Source: the human T2T-CHM13v2.0 reference genome, Homo sapiens. Taken from it: DNA of 64,000 nucleotides. The stretch lies in assembly GCF_009914755.1 (NCBI RefSeq), contig NC_060947.1; one strand, written 5' to 3'. Positions 42,009 through 53,594 of the stretch are shown here, piece by piece. The first letter of the stretch is position 1. Each line of letters begins with the position of its first letter. The notes under the pieces were generated by a model, which searched no databases, was not told the DNA's origin, and worked only from the letters and a program-made list of their open reading frames with translations. A program made the position numbers and the translations under genes.

Positions 42009-42189
42009 GCCTGTGGCTCTCTAGTTGCTCTGGGATGCTCTTAAAAACTACTATTCCATCCAGAACCATGCCAGCTCCCATGATTCTATCTCTGAATTAT
42101 CTAGCATAGTTTATCCCTGCTGCTTGTCCTTCACAACAAGGGATCAGACATTTTGTCCCCAAACTAAACATCTGTCATGAGGACCATAC

Positions 42190-42430
42190 TGGTGTGGAAA
42201 GAACATAACAGGATTTAAGGTAGAACATGCCTGAGTTTGAATCATGGCCCTGGTACTTACCAGTGGTGTGATTTTGAGCTCAATGTTTAGCTTCTCTGGG
42301 CCTCCATATCTTCTTTTGGAAATGGAGGTAATAATACCTACCTTATAAAGTTGGTCTTAAGGATCAAATGAGATAATGAATTTATTATTTTTAGCACATG
42401 GTACCCAACAAGTAACATTAATTTTAGTAC
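42190..42430 (+). mobile_element. MIR SINE
   Basis: CCTGAGTTTGAATC..., CTTCTCTGGGCCTC..., AATAATACCTACC, GGATCAAATGAGATAATG. Confidence 0.8.
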
Positions 42431-42488
42431 CATCTTTATAATTATTATTACTATATGTGATAGACTGATTGTCCTGAATTTTCAGTCC

Positions 42489-42799
42489 TTTTTTTTTTTT
42501 TTTTTTTTTTTTTTTCTGAGATGGAGTCTTGCTCTGTTACCCAGACTGGAGTATAGTGGCATGAGCTCGGCTTACTCCAATCTCTGCCTCCTGGGTTCAA
42601 GCGATTCTCCAGCCTCAGCCTCCCGAGTAGCTGGGATAACAGGTGTGTGCCACCATGCCTGGCTAATTTTTGTATTTTTAGTAGAGATGGGATTTTGCCA
42701 GGTTGCCCAGGCTGGTCTTGAACTCCTGACCTCGAGTGATCCACCTGCCTCAGCCTCCCAAAGTGCCGGGATTACAGGTGTGAGCCACTGCACCTGGCC
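42489..42799 (-). mobile_element. AluS (Sx/Sz-like)
   Basis: Full dimer with poly(T) head on the + strand. Confidence 0.95.
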
Positions 42800-42809
42800 A
42801 CTTCTTTTT

Positions 42810-43285
42810 GTAACTATGCTCTTTGCCATGTAACTTTAAAGTCCTTCTCTGATTACCTCATTTTGAGTGAAGTATTTTCTCTTGGCCCTTGACTTGGGCT
42901 TGGCCATGTAACTTCCTTTGGCCAAGCTGTGATGCATGTAGGGACTTTTAATCACTTCACGTGTATTAAAAAATTATAACACCACTTTGTACCCCATACA
43001 TACATACAACTATAATTTGTCAATAATAAATAAATAAATACAATGTGCTAAGTAGGGTCTAATCTTTTATACCTCTGCTATTTCCATTAGAAACACAGAT
43101 TATGGCTAGCCTTCCAACCCCATGAGGAGGATGAGAGACATGTGGAACAGAGCAGCTTCAGCCAATGCAGCCTGAAGCAGAGCCATCTCTTATAGCTCAT
43201 AGATTTGTCAACATTTTTTGGAAGCTCCTAAGGCTTGGAGTGATTTTTTTATATAGTGTTATTGTGATCATATCTAACTGTTACA
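42810..43285 (+). mobile_element. MaLR LTR (MLT1I-like) split by a short L1 3' tail (42960-43040)
   Basis: GACTTGGGCTTGGCCATGTAACTTCCTTTGGCCAA, GGATGAGAGACATGTGGAACAGAGC; L1 tail TTTGTACCCCATACATACATACAACTATAATTTGTCAAT. Confidence 0.7.
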
Positions 43286-43578
43286 TTCGGAATAGTTAGA
43301 AGCCCAATAGTTCAGATAACCCTGCAAGAACCCAAGGTAACCTCATGTGTCTTGTCTTGGGCCTCCAGAGATACCTGGGGTCATGTCTGAGCTCTGTGGC
43401 ACAACTCCACAAGCAGAGTGCATATGCAGAAGATGAGTAATTGTGAAAACTGGAAATCATCCTTACATCCTCCCACTGTGCTAAGCAAACCACTGCAGTG
43501 TTTTGTAGGTACCTGATAAATGACCAATTGCTTTAAGTTGGTTATGTTTCAACCGCAACCATTCTTTTCTGTGTATAC

Positions 43579-43758
43579 CAGCAATTCTCAAACATTATTA
43601 CTAATTAGAATTACCACAAGAGTTTCTAAAAAATGTTGCTGCTTGGGTTCCACTCCTGACCTACTGGATGAGAATTTTAGGCAGTAGGTAGCACATAGGA
43701 TGTGTTTAAAAAATTCTCCAAGTAAAAGCAATGTACAGGCAAGGTTGAGAAAAACTGA
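43579..43758. mobile_element. MER5B-like MITE
   Basis: CAGCAATTCTCAAAC...TTAGAATTACC...AAATTCTCCAAGT...AAGGTTGAGAAAAACTG. Confidence 0.65.
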
Positions 43759-43774
43759 TTTTTTTTTCAGAGCA

Positions 43775-45108
43775 CAAATTTCTTTTTCAATTTAGGTGAA
43801 ATTCAAAAACATATAATTAACCATGTTTAAAGTAAACAATTAAGTGCAGTTAGTAGATTCATAATGTTGTGCAATTATCACCTTTATTTAGTCCCCAGAC
43901 ATTTTCACCACCCACAAAGGAGACCCTGTATCCAGTAAGCAGCCGTCCTCCAATTCTCCCTATCCCCCTGTATCTGTTTACTCCTGACCTCTGGCTCACC
44001 TATTCTGAGGTTTAGATTTGACTTTTCAATGTGATAATAAAGTAGTGTCTTCCTTTTGGACTCTTATTGCTTTTTCCTGAACAATTTTTATTTAGAGCCT
44101 GTGGCTCTCCTTGCTCTGAGATGCTCTTACAAACTACCATTCCACCCAGAAGGATACCAGCTCTCAAGATTCTATCTCTGAATTCCCACTATAGGTTACC
44201 CCTGGGAACCATTAAATTGATTTCTGTCTCTATGGATTAGCCTACTCTGGACATTTCATATAAATGGAATCATACAAAATGTGAACTTTTGTGCCTGGCT
44301 TCTCTCATTAAGCATAATGTTCTCCACGTTCATCTACATTGTAGTATGGGCCAATGCTTCCTTTCTTTTTATGGATGAATAATATTCCATTTTACGGATA
44401 CACAACATTTTGTTTATCCATTCATTCAATGATGGACATAGGTTGTTTCTACCTTTTGGCTAGTTGCTATGAATATTTGTGTATAAGTAGTTGTTTGAAC
44501 ACCTGTTTTCAGTTCTTTTGGGTATGTTCCTAGGGGTGGAATTGCTGGGTCATACGATAATTCTACGTTAAATTTTTTGAGGAATCACCAAACTATTTTT
44601 CACAGCAGATATACCATTTTACGTTTTCCCTAGCAAAGTATAAGGGTTCTAATTTCTCCACATCCTGGCCAACACTTGTTTCTTTAAAAAAAATTCTTAT
44701 AGTCATATCATAATTGTGAGAGTAAAAAAAAATACTCTGGATACTAGACCCTTATCAGCTAAGTGATGTGCAAAATTTTTCCACCATTTTGTGGGTTGTC
44801 TTTTCACTTTCTTGATGGTATCCTTTGATTCACAAAAGTGTTTAATTTAGATGAGGTCAAATTTATCTACTTTTCATTGTTGTTGCTTGTGTTTTTGGTC
44901 ATATCTAAGAATCCACTGTCAAATTCAAGGCCATGAATATTTACCCCTATGTGTTCTTTTAAGAGTTTTTATAGCTTTAAGTTTTATATTTAGGTCTTTG
45001 ATCCATTTGAGTTGATTTTTGCAGATGGTATGAGATAAGGGTCCAACTTCATTCTTTTGCATATGGATATCCAGTTGGCCTAGCATCATTTGCTGAAGAG
45101 ACTATTCT
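43775..45108 (-). mobile_element. LINE-1 (L1MB-like) 3' part carrying a ~220-240 bp foreign insert
   Basis: TAATGTTGTGCAATTATCACC, TTCTGTCTCTATGGATT..CTGGACATTTCATATAAATGGAATCATAC, GGGTCCAACTTCATTCTTTTGCAT; decayed TSD TTGAGAA..ACTGATTTT. Confidence 0.9.
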
Positions 45109-45577
45109 TTGAGAATCACTGATTTTGATAAGAAATTCTCACAGTTGTCACTCAGGGAGACTCGAGTGTAAGACTTTGAGTGTAAGACTCTTTGTACTGA
45201 GTCCTTCATTGGAAGGAGGAGAGGTTCTGTTACAAAAAGAGAGAGCAAAAACAGGGACAAGTGGGGAGAATTGAAGTAAAATTGACATGGAAGTTGGCCT
45301 CTTGGAGAGATTATAGCAGTCTAGGAATATTGCCAAAGGAATGTGATAATTTCTAACTTCTAGAATTTTCGTTATCAATGAATTAATAGGCATGTATCGA
45401 TCCATTAGGAATCCAGATGGCTGTTGAAAACTTGGCAAACGGTTAGCTATTATCCAGTTAATTGGATAGCTACCATATGCAGCAGAACCGTACTTAATTG
45501 GCTAAGGGTCTGAAAATAGGGATCAGTCTTGGGGAAGAGGCGTACCCAGAGTGAGGCTAGGCTAGGCAAGGCAAGGT

Positions 45578-46106
45578 ATGGTAGACTGATGATTAAAATG
45601 GCTACACTTCTTCACTCCTTCATGTATACAAGGCCTTTTGCAATGTGACTTCTGCAATGTGAGCTCCTTCCATCAAGAGGTAAAGCTAATTTCTCATACT
45701 TTAAATCTGGGCTGGCCTCATGATTCTCTTTGGCCAATAGAATGCAGCAGAAATGACTCTGTGCTACCTCCAAGCCTAGGCATCAAGACGCTTTGTTCAC
45801 TTCTGCTTTCTTTGTCTTACAACCTTGACTACCTTCCACGAGAACAAGCCCCTGTTGGAGGCTAGGAGACTTTGTGGAAGTGATCTGAGGCACCCCAGTC
45901 AACAACCAGTCAACCTCCGCAAGCAGAGCCAACTAGTCCACCCACAGCTAACCAAGATTCCATGAGACAGCCCGGCTGAGACCAGAATAATTGTCCATCT
46001 GAGCCCAGCCCAAGTTGCCAATCCTCAGAATTATGATATAAATAGTTGTTATTTTAAGCCACTAGTTTTGGAGGTGATTTGTTAAACGGCAACAACTAAC
46101 ATTACA
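45578..46106 (+). mobile_element. MaLR LTR (MLT1F/G-like)
   Basis: TTTGCAATGTGACTT, CTTTGGCCAATAGAATGCAGCAGAAATGAC, TTTTAAGCCACTAGTTTTGG, AACTAACATTACA. Confidence 0.8.
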
Positions 46107-46159
46107 CAGGGTATCAATCTCCTGCTAAATGGGCTGTGGATAAGGATGGAATTTCTCAA

Positions 46160-46290
46160 GTCCAAGGCTAGGGTAAGGTAAGGGGGTGCCCAGGGAACAT
46201 TTAAGGTGGCACTCACTCTCGGGGTCATGCAAGAGCAGGTTGGCACTTTTGTGCACCTGAGAGTGAGTGCCTCTTTAAGAGTGAGGTGCT
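46160..46290. mobile_element. MER96-like palindromic hAT MITE
   Basis: Inverted arms TTAAGGTGGCACTCACTCTC / GAGAGTGAGTGCCTCTTTAA. Confidence 0.7.
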
Positions 46291-49043
46291 CAGGCACAGA
46301 AGTTAAAGAATCACCACTTTCAGGTGCTGATGCTATACTTTGTCCGGCCTTTTTCTTCTGTTCTAGATGGGCAGTGTTGAGAGTGAGAGCTAAGGAAGGC
46401 AAGTAAGGCAGACTGGACCACAGAGAATAAGAGTGATGGCAGGGAAGCTATGCATCAGGTTATAGGTGTTCTCACTTATTGTCTTGAGTTGGGGCTGTTG
46501 GGGAAGATACCAGATTTCAGATGAGCCTGGTGGGAAAGGAAATCCCAGGTGCAACACAGGAACCCAGCTATTGTGTTTGGAACAATATATTCCAAACTTG
46601 TGCATATGTCAGGAACTAGAAGAGGCCTCAACCTGGGCTGCTAGTTGACTCAGTTGAGCTATGGAGAGCAAGTAAGGACATGGGAAGGGAGCCAGGCTGT
46701 CATCAGCTCTGTATACACCCGCTCCTTGGCCTACTGCTCCTTTGACTTGTTAGTCAGAGGACTTGTTTGACTTGTTAGTTAGAACAAACGGTTAGAATTC
46801 AGGAAATAATGGGCCACTTTTAGAAAAGAGCTGCCTGGCAGAAGATGCTTCAGAACAAACAATTTTTCATGATCAGCAGCAATAGATTCTTTCCTCCAAT
46901 TACAGCTGCCACAATTTACTCATTGCATTGAGTAGTGACAAGCAATTTCAGAAGTGACAAGGATAGACCATAGCCATGCTTGCAAAACCTGGGTCAGACT
47001 TAACAATGATAATTTCTAGACTCTCACATCATCACCATGTTTATTGTAATAAATAACAACGATGATGGCTTTTTAGACTTAGGGATGGGAATTGCCCAAA
47101 CAGTGAAGTGGAAAAATAATAGGGGTATGTATTCCTTGGGCCAAGATGTGAACAGTTTTGAAGATACAATTTACATTGTAAACACTGAAGCTTCCTGGAT
47201 AATAAAGGCATATTTGAGACAAGCTTTCAATTCTTAGCTTGTCAGTCTTTCTGGAATATCCTAACCTCTCTATAAATGGGAAAACACAAGCCTTTCCAGA
47301 CCTGGGTAGTTAATGAAACCAGAGGAAAGGCCATTTGGTAGCCTCATGGTTCCATCTCCAGAAACCTTGCTTCTCACTAAGCAAAGGTGCACTCCCTACT
47401 CCTCCATCCTCTTTGGTATTATCTTTATCCAGTCTGAGACTGTCCCGGCCCTCAGTTACCATTCCCTCATTCCCTTGCTAGTTTACCTTTTAACATTTCC
47501 CAGACTTCCTTCTTGGACAGAGTTTCACTGTAAATGAATGCTTTTAATATAGTTACACAATTGCCCCCTCTCCTCCCCGCCTTGAAACTACAACCACGTG
47601 GATGCTGTTCATTACAACCACTCCTCAGAGACCTGGGACCTAGGGATGACTTCGCATTCTCCCAGAGAAGCCAGGCCATTGCTATTTTGCTCTTATTAGG
47701 AAACCACTCTTTCTATAGGGCTCACATAAACCAGTCATTCCTGAGACCTCTTTCTTTGCACTGTCATCTACAGCTTCTTGGAGAGTCACTGAGGACCTTG
47801 CCCTTGGCTCTTTCTCACCTTTTTCCATTCTATCCAAATGTGATTATTACACCAGATAATTTGAATGGTAGGTGGGATGGGAGAGCCTATTTCAAAGTCA
47901 TCTCTCTTAGCTTGTGTGTCGTTGCTGAAGTTTGGTAATTTTGTCTAATATTTCAAATCTCCACAAATTTTAACTGGATATAATTTGACTCATAGAACTT
48001 AAGGAAGCTTGGGTGGCCATCTTCTTTATAACTAAGTCCCTACCTATGAAAATGCTTTCAGAACTCTGGAGAGAGGAATTTCACGCTTCCCCTCAATGTA
48101 TTGCTACTGTATTTAAGTTAGTTTCTTTGATGGTAGTCTTCTGAACTTAGAGACCATGTCTTATCACTCTCTATCCTCCATTGTGCCTCACCTTCTGCCT
48201 GGTACAGAGTAAATCCCTGTGGGTGTGTTGGTGCAATTTTTAAACTTTGATGCAATGGGAGATGGACAGGTAATCAAACTATCTTTTCTTTTAAAAAAAT
48301 AAAAATAAAAATTCTGAATGCCCAGGCTACTGTCATTGGCTTGGCCTACATTCTCCGTATAGGAGTATACAGAATATGGAAAGTAGACTTGATTTTTTTC
48401 TTAGCCAATTTTGAGCTCAAAAGAATCTGATGACTGCTAAGAAAGAAAAACCAATGGGAAACTAATGTATAATTTATTTGCTACCCGGTACCCAAAGGAA
48501 ACATCTGTTGTGATTTTATAAGCCTGTACAAATTCAAAACAAGATAAGTAAAGAAAATGTGTCTATTTAAAAGACAGCATAGCAGTCTTCTCTAAGCACA
48601 TTAAGGAGAGAGATGTCTGCAGCTTTATTTGGCAATTGTATATAATCTCACAGGCAACACAGCTATTTTATTCATTTAATTAAAAATGGAAACTGTATTA
48701 CAATGAAAAAAGGAAGCTGTGGAAAATGATGAACCACACTCCCTGAGTTCCCAACCTATTTCTTTCATTTTGTGTGCTTAAGTTTTCCTGGCAATTAAGA
48801 TGTTTAAAACAATGGAGCGCAAGTACAGAGTTATGGGACGGCTGGTTAACTTCCTCATAAAGTTATTTCTTTTAAATCCCTTGCCAGTTACTCGGTAAGC
48901 AAAAACACTTAAACATCAATGTTAATTACCTTTATTAGTGCTGACAACTGTAGTTTCCTGTAATGATCAGGTTTGTTCTCTGATCCATTTACTAAGTTGT
49001 AAATTATTATTGGGTATGAGTGCTACTTTACCACAGATGGAAA

Positions 49044-49358
<315 letters not shown>

Positions 49359-49564
49359 AGATGGAAATACTTTGCAAATTCTGGTTTTCACAAGATTTGT
49401 CAACAAAATCCTCAATGTTCATACCAGCTTCTTATACCCATCTGTAAATACTATGTAAGAAATCCATCTGTCTGTTTACCTATTTACTAATCATTGTGCC
49501 CATCGTCAGTGTGTTTCAGCTAAAAACAGTATGATTCTGAATATGCTGCTGCATCGAGACTGTG

Positions 49565-49675
49565 ACAGAGTTCCTGCTTGGTGATGAGTCACTGTGAAAC
49601 ACTGGGCAAGTCACTTTATGTCTTTGGATTATATTTGGCCCATGTGTCAAATAAGAGAGTTGAATTAGATGCCTC
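49565..49675 (+). mobile_element. MIR/MIR3 remnant
   Basis: CTGGGCAAGTCACTTTATGTCTTTGG...AAATAAGAGAGTTGAATTAGATG. Confidence 0.6.
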
Positions 49676-51299
49676 TCACCTTGAAATGTGGGTATAATAC
49701 GAGGCCAGCTAGGTCCAGCCCTTAAATAAAAAACTCCCCTGGTCTAGTCAGGTGGGTATCAGGCCGACATAATAAGACTCACCTCTGGTTTGATACTGTA
49801 AAGATCATAAAACAGTAATTACTTTTATGTCTCCATCTAACCCCCCAACTCCAAGCAGTACCAGAGTGAGGGTCCGATAAATTACTAATTACTGCTCTTG
49901 GATTGCTTGTAATAAGACTTAGCCCTTGAATCACTGTGGAAGAGAATCACATGTCCGAACAGCAGCCTGTGTCTGGATATAATAACAACCAACCATTATA
50001 CCTGTATAGTGCTTTCAGCTTTTCTAAGTATTTCACATATGTTTTCTCATTTTACCCAGAATAGAACAGGGGTGATGATGAAGATGGTCTGGAAGCACAT
50101 TTTCAAGGAACACGAGTTGAGGTTTTCAATCTTAGGCAAAATGAAGGGCTGCATTTTTCCTCAGGGATGAGATTGCACTTACGTTGTTCTTCCTGCATTT
50201 CATTAGCTTCTCACTTCCAACTTGAAAGAAGACTGTTCAAGTTGAAAGGCAATGAAGACACTGAGAATGTGGCAGCAAATGCTGAATGTAAAGTTGAAAA
50301 AAAATGGAAGGCTTCCCTTGGAATTGAAAAAAAAATAATGGTCTTGGCACTCTAATCATTGGGTTTGGGTATTGAAACAGCCTGCAGATTGTCAAAACCA
50401 GGGAAATTGCATGAATCTGAAACTTAAGGCCAGAACTGCTTGAAAAAAAATAGATTCAAGGATGTGGCCAGGTTGCTAAGATGGATTGTACAAATTTAGC
50501 AGTGGTAACTTAATTGTTTTTTTCCTACTGTTCTTCAATAACGAAACCTCCAAAACACTAAAAGACTATCAGGGCTCAAAACAGATGGGAAAAGCAGATG
50601 CACCTTGAGTCTTCCTTCAGGCAGAGCTCCTGCACACCCTGGGAGATGGGTGAAGAGGGATGTATTTTGGGGATCACTGCCGATGTGAGATTTGTCCATC
50701 TCAAAAACAGGGATCTGGCTTGCCCAACCAATGGCAAGATTACTGATTGCACTTAAAAAACCCGGTTACGTGATTTCTGTTATAATCATTACAAACACAA
50801 AGTGTATATGTACATACTTATGCATGTGTATATATACACATATATATGTATATGTATATATTTTTATCCCCCTTAAAGTGGTGGTGATTTAGGTTTTGGA
50901 TTTGCTTTGTCTTATTTTAATCTGTTTCTGTCAAGGCTGTTGGAACTTTGAAAAGCCTTATGGATTTCCTTTGGCTACAATAATATTTTAAAGGTCTTGA
51001 AAGTGAGCTCTGAGGCTCAGACTGTCTGGGGGATCTTAAAAAGCACCGACCCTATTTAAAAGTAGGCCTAAAACAAAGTAGAAGGAAGGAACCATTTCTT
51101 AATTGATTTGGTGTGTGTGCGCGGGGCGGGGGGGCACCTAAGAATGGAAACATCATCAAGCTGCTTGGTTTTTGTTCTTGTGTGTTTTAAATCCTAAAGC
51201 CTCCCTCTTTGAGAACCAAATGGGCTAACATACGCACATTTGCGTATTTGTTTTTCACAATTTGTTCGGGGGCAGGGGGCGGGGTGAGGGCACAGTGAT

Positions 51300-51625
51300 T
51301 ACTATCACTTGGGAATTTTTGTTAAAAATGCAAATTCTCAACCGCACCGCAGACCTGCTGAATCAGAAACTCTGAGAGTAGAGCCCAGTAAGCTGTTTTT
51401 ATCAAGCGCTCCAGGTGATTCCGATGCATGGTCCAGTTTAGGCACTGTGGATGTTTGCTAATAGTTGTCTGAACAGGATAATCCTCTGGAGATGTTAAAA
51501 AATACTCATGTCTGATTCCCACCCTCGGGGATTCTAATTTGATTGGTTTGAGGTAAGAGCTGATCACTGAGAGTTTCACAACCTCTCTATGTGATTCCAA
51601 TATTCAGACAAGTTTGGGACTCACT
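51300..51625. mobile_element. Adjacent MER5A- and MER5B-like MITEs
   Basis: AAAATGCAAATTCTC..AGACCTGCTGAATCAGAAACTCTG..CCAGGTGATTCCGATGC; then GGGATTCTAATTTGATTGGT..GTGATTCCAAT. Confidence 0.75.
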
Positions 51626-52067
51626 AACTTCAACCTACTCTCTTATTAAGGAGCAATTTTCAAAAAAAGAAAAACAGCAGACAGCATTGTCAGAAAAACA
51701 AAGCAAAAATAGGAGTTTGGGGGAAAGAGAGAAAGTGAGTTATACATACAGAATGTTTTCTGCTCTATCTGGAGGAATCGGAGTCAGTCTCCAGAACCTT
51801 TTCAAATGATGATCAATTTGCCAGGTAAGAATATTCTTCTCTGTGTGAGGAATAGTCTTGCCTTTGTGGTTGTCACACTTCAAAGTTTATGTCAGAAAGA
51901 GTTTCCCATGGGATTTTGAAGGCAAATAATATAAAAAATAGCATAAAAAATTTGAAAAACGTTACTTTGGAACACAAGAATATTGGTCAAAAACCATCAG
52001 CATTGCCCTTTTCTTTGAGGCCTTAAAATGGCAAAGTTACATTTTAAGTTTCCATCTGTTTTATTTC

Positions 52068-52395
52068 ATTGAATCTTATAGTCAGAAGGGACATTGGAGG
52101 CCACAGATACCACAGGAATACCCTCTTCTGTTTCTGTGGGTTGGCGGCCTCTACTGAAATTTCCTGGGAAACTTATTGCATTACACTTGCACCAACCAAT
52201 TGTTAGAAAGTTCTTAGATATTAAAAAGTTCAAAGTGAAATATTTCTGCTTATAAGTTCCACCTATTCATCTCAGTTCTGCCTTGGAGAAGCATTTCTAA
52301 GAAGCAGTTTGTTTAACCTGCACATCCTGCACATGTATCCTGGAACTTAAAATAAAATACAAATGACAAAAAGAAGCAGGTTCTTTAAAATCCTT
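52068..52395 (-). mobile_element. L3/CR1 remnant
   Basis: GAATCTTATAGTCAGAAGGGACATTGGAGG, TTGTTAGAAAGTTCTT, TTCCACCTATTCATCTCAGTTCTGCC. Confidence 0.45.
52315..52370 (+). mobile_element. Extremely 5'-truncated L1PA 3' end (~55 bp) with TSD
   Basis: AACCTGCACATCCTGCACATGTATCCTGGAACTTAAAATAAAA; TSD AAGAAGCAG at 52299 and 52371. Confidence 0.85.
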
Positions 52396-52994
52396 CTCAG
52401 ACCGAGGAAAGATGTATAACTCAAAAGTCTGATGTAGGTTTTGAGGACTGTAATCATGTGGATAATTATTCATACCATTTTCCCCTTTGGTTCTGAACCA
52501 ACTGGAAATACCCATAGAGCTTAGATATCACGGCAAGATCAATGTTACTGTGGATAAAGCTGGGGCTTCCACCTGAAACCATCATCTGACTTCAACTACT
52601 TCCTTCTGAACCGGACTCTGTTACAGGGCAGAGCCATCATCTCTATGAGTTTATCTATCATGTCCTACCATGGTAGACAGAACTCCTCACAAGCTCTAAA
52701 AGAAAGAGCCAGCAAAGTCAGGTCTACACAAGCCCAAGTCTCCTCATCCTCATCTCTTCTATTGCAGGGGATGCAGCGCTGGAGGAAGGCACTGGGTATG
52801 GATGTTGAAGAGAGAAACCCAAAGAGTTCCTTCCATACTGGAAGAAGACAGGAAACTGGAAGTGTGTGGTTAGAAATTCTCATTCCCCCAAACACTTTAA
52901 TCCTTCTGAACTTTTCTGTATTTCAAATATTTGAAGGCAATTATCATGTGCCCTGTAAATCATCTTTTTCACCTTTTAAAAAATTTAAAATCCC

Positions 52995-53297
52995 GGCCGG
53001 GTGCAGGGGCTCACGCCTATAATCCCAGCACTTTTGGAGGCCGAGGCGGGTGGATCACGAGGTCAGGAGTTCGAGACCAGCCTGGCGAAGATGGTAAAAC
53101 CCCATATCTACTAAAAAAAATACAAAAAATTAGCCGGGCGCGGCAGCAGGCGCCTGTAATCCCAGCTACTCAGGAGGCCGAGGCAGGAGAATCACTTGAA
53201 GTTGGAGGGCAGAGGTTGCAGTGAGCTGAGATCACGCCACTACAATCCAACCCGGGCGAGAGAGTGAGACTCCGTCTCAAAAAGAAAAAAAAAAAAA
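52995..53297 (+). mobile_element. AluSg-like
   Basis: GGATCACGAGGTCAGGAGTTCGAGACCAGCCTGG; full dimer and A tail. Confidence 0.95.
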
Positions 53298-53509
53298 GTA
53301 AAACCCCAAGATATCCAGACCCTTCGCCATGCTGGTTATTCTTATCTGGTCATGAATCACTTTATTATTCCTCTTAAGGTATGATGTTCCGAAGGGGTGT
53401 GGGGAGAGGCATTTCCTTTGTTTTCTTTATATTTTTATTTTCAGACAACTTTGGTAACTTTTGATCTTGTTTAATGAGTCTTTTCTTACCCAAACGACCT
53501 AAAGATAAT

Positions 53510-53591
53510 CTCTCATATTTAAAAAAATATTTTAACGTATTACCTCTCATATTTAAAAACATATTTTAAGGTATTACCTCTCATATTTAAA
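53510..53591. repeat. 34-bp tandem repeat, ~2.4 copies
   Basis: CTCTCATATTTAAAAA.ATATTTTAA.GTATTAC starts at 53510, 53544 and 53578. Confidence 0.9.
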
Positions 53592-53594
53592 TCC

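Noticed and set aside
52570-52720. Minus-strand exon candidate (good acceptor at ~52697)
   Set aside because: The donor is weak (CAG/GTGGAA), all three frames contain stops and L3/CR1 remnants surround it.
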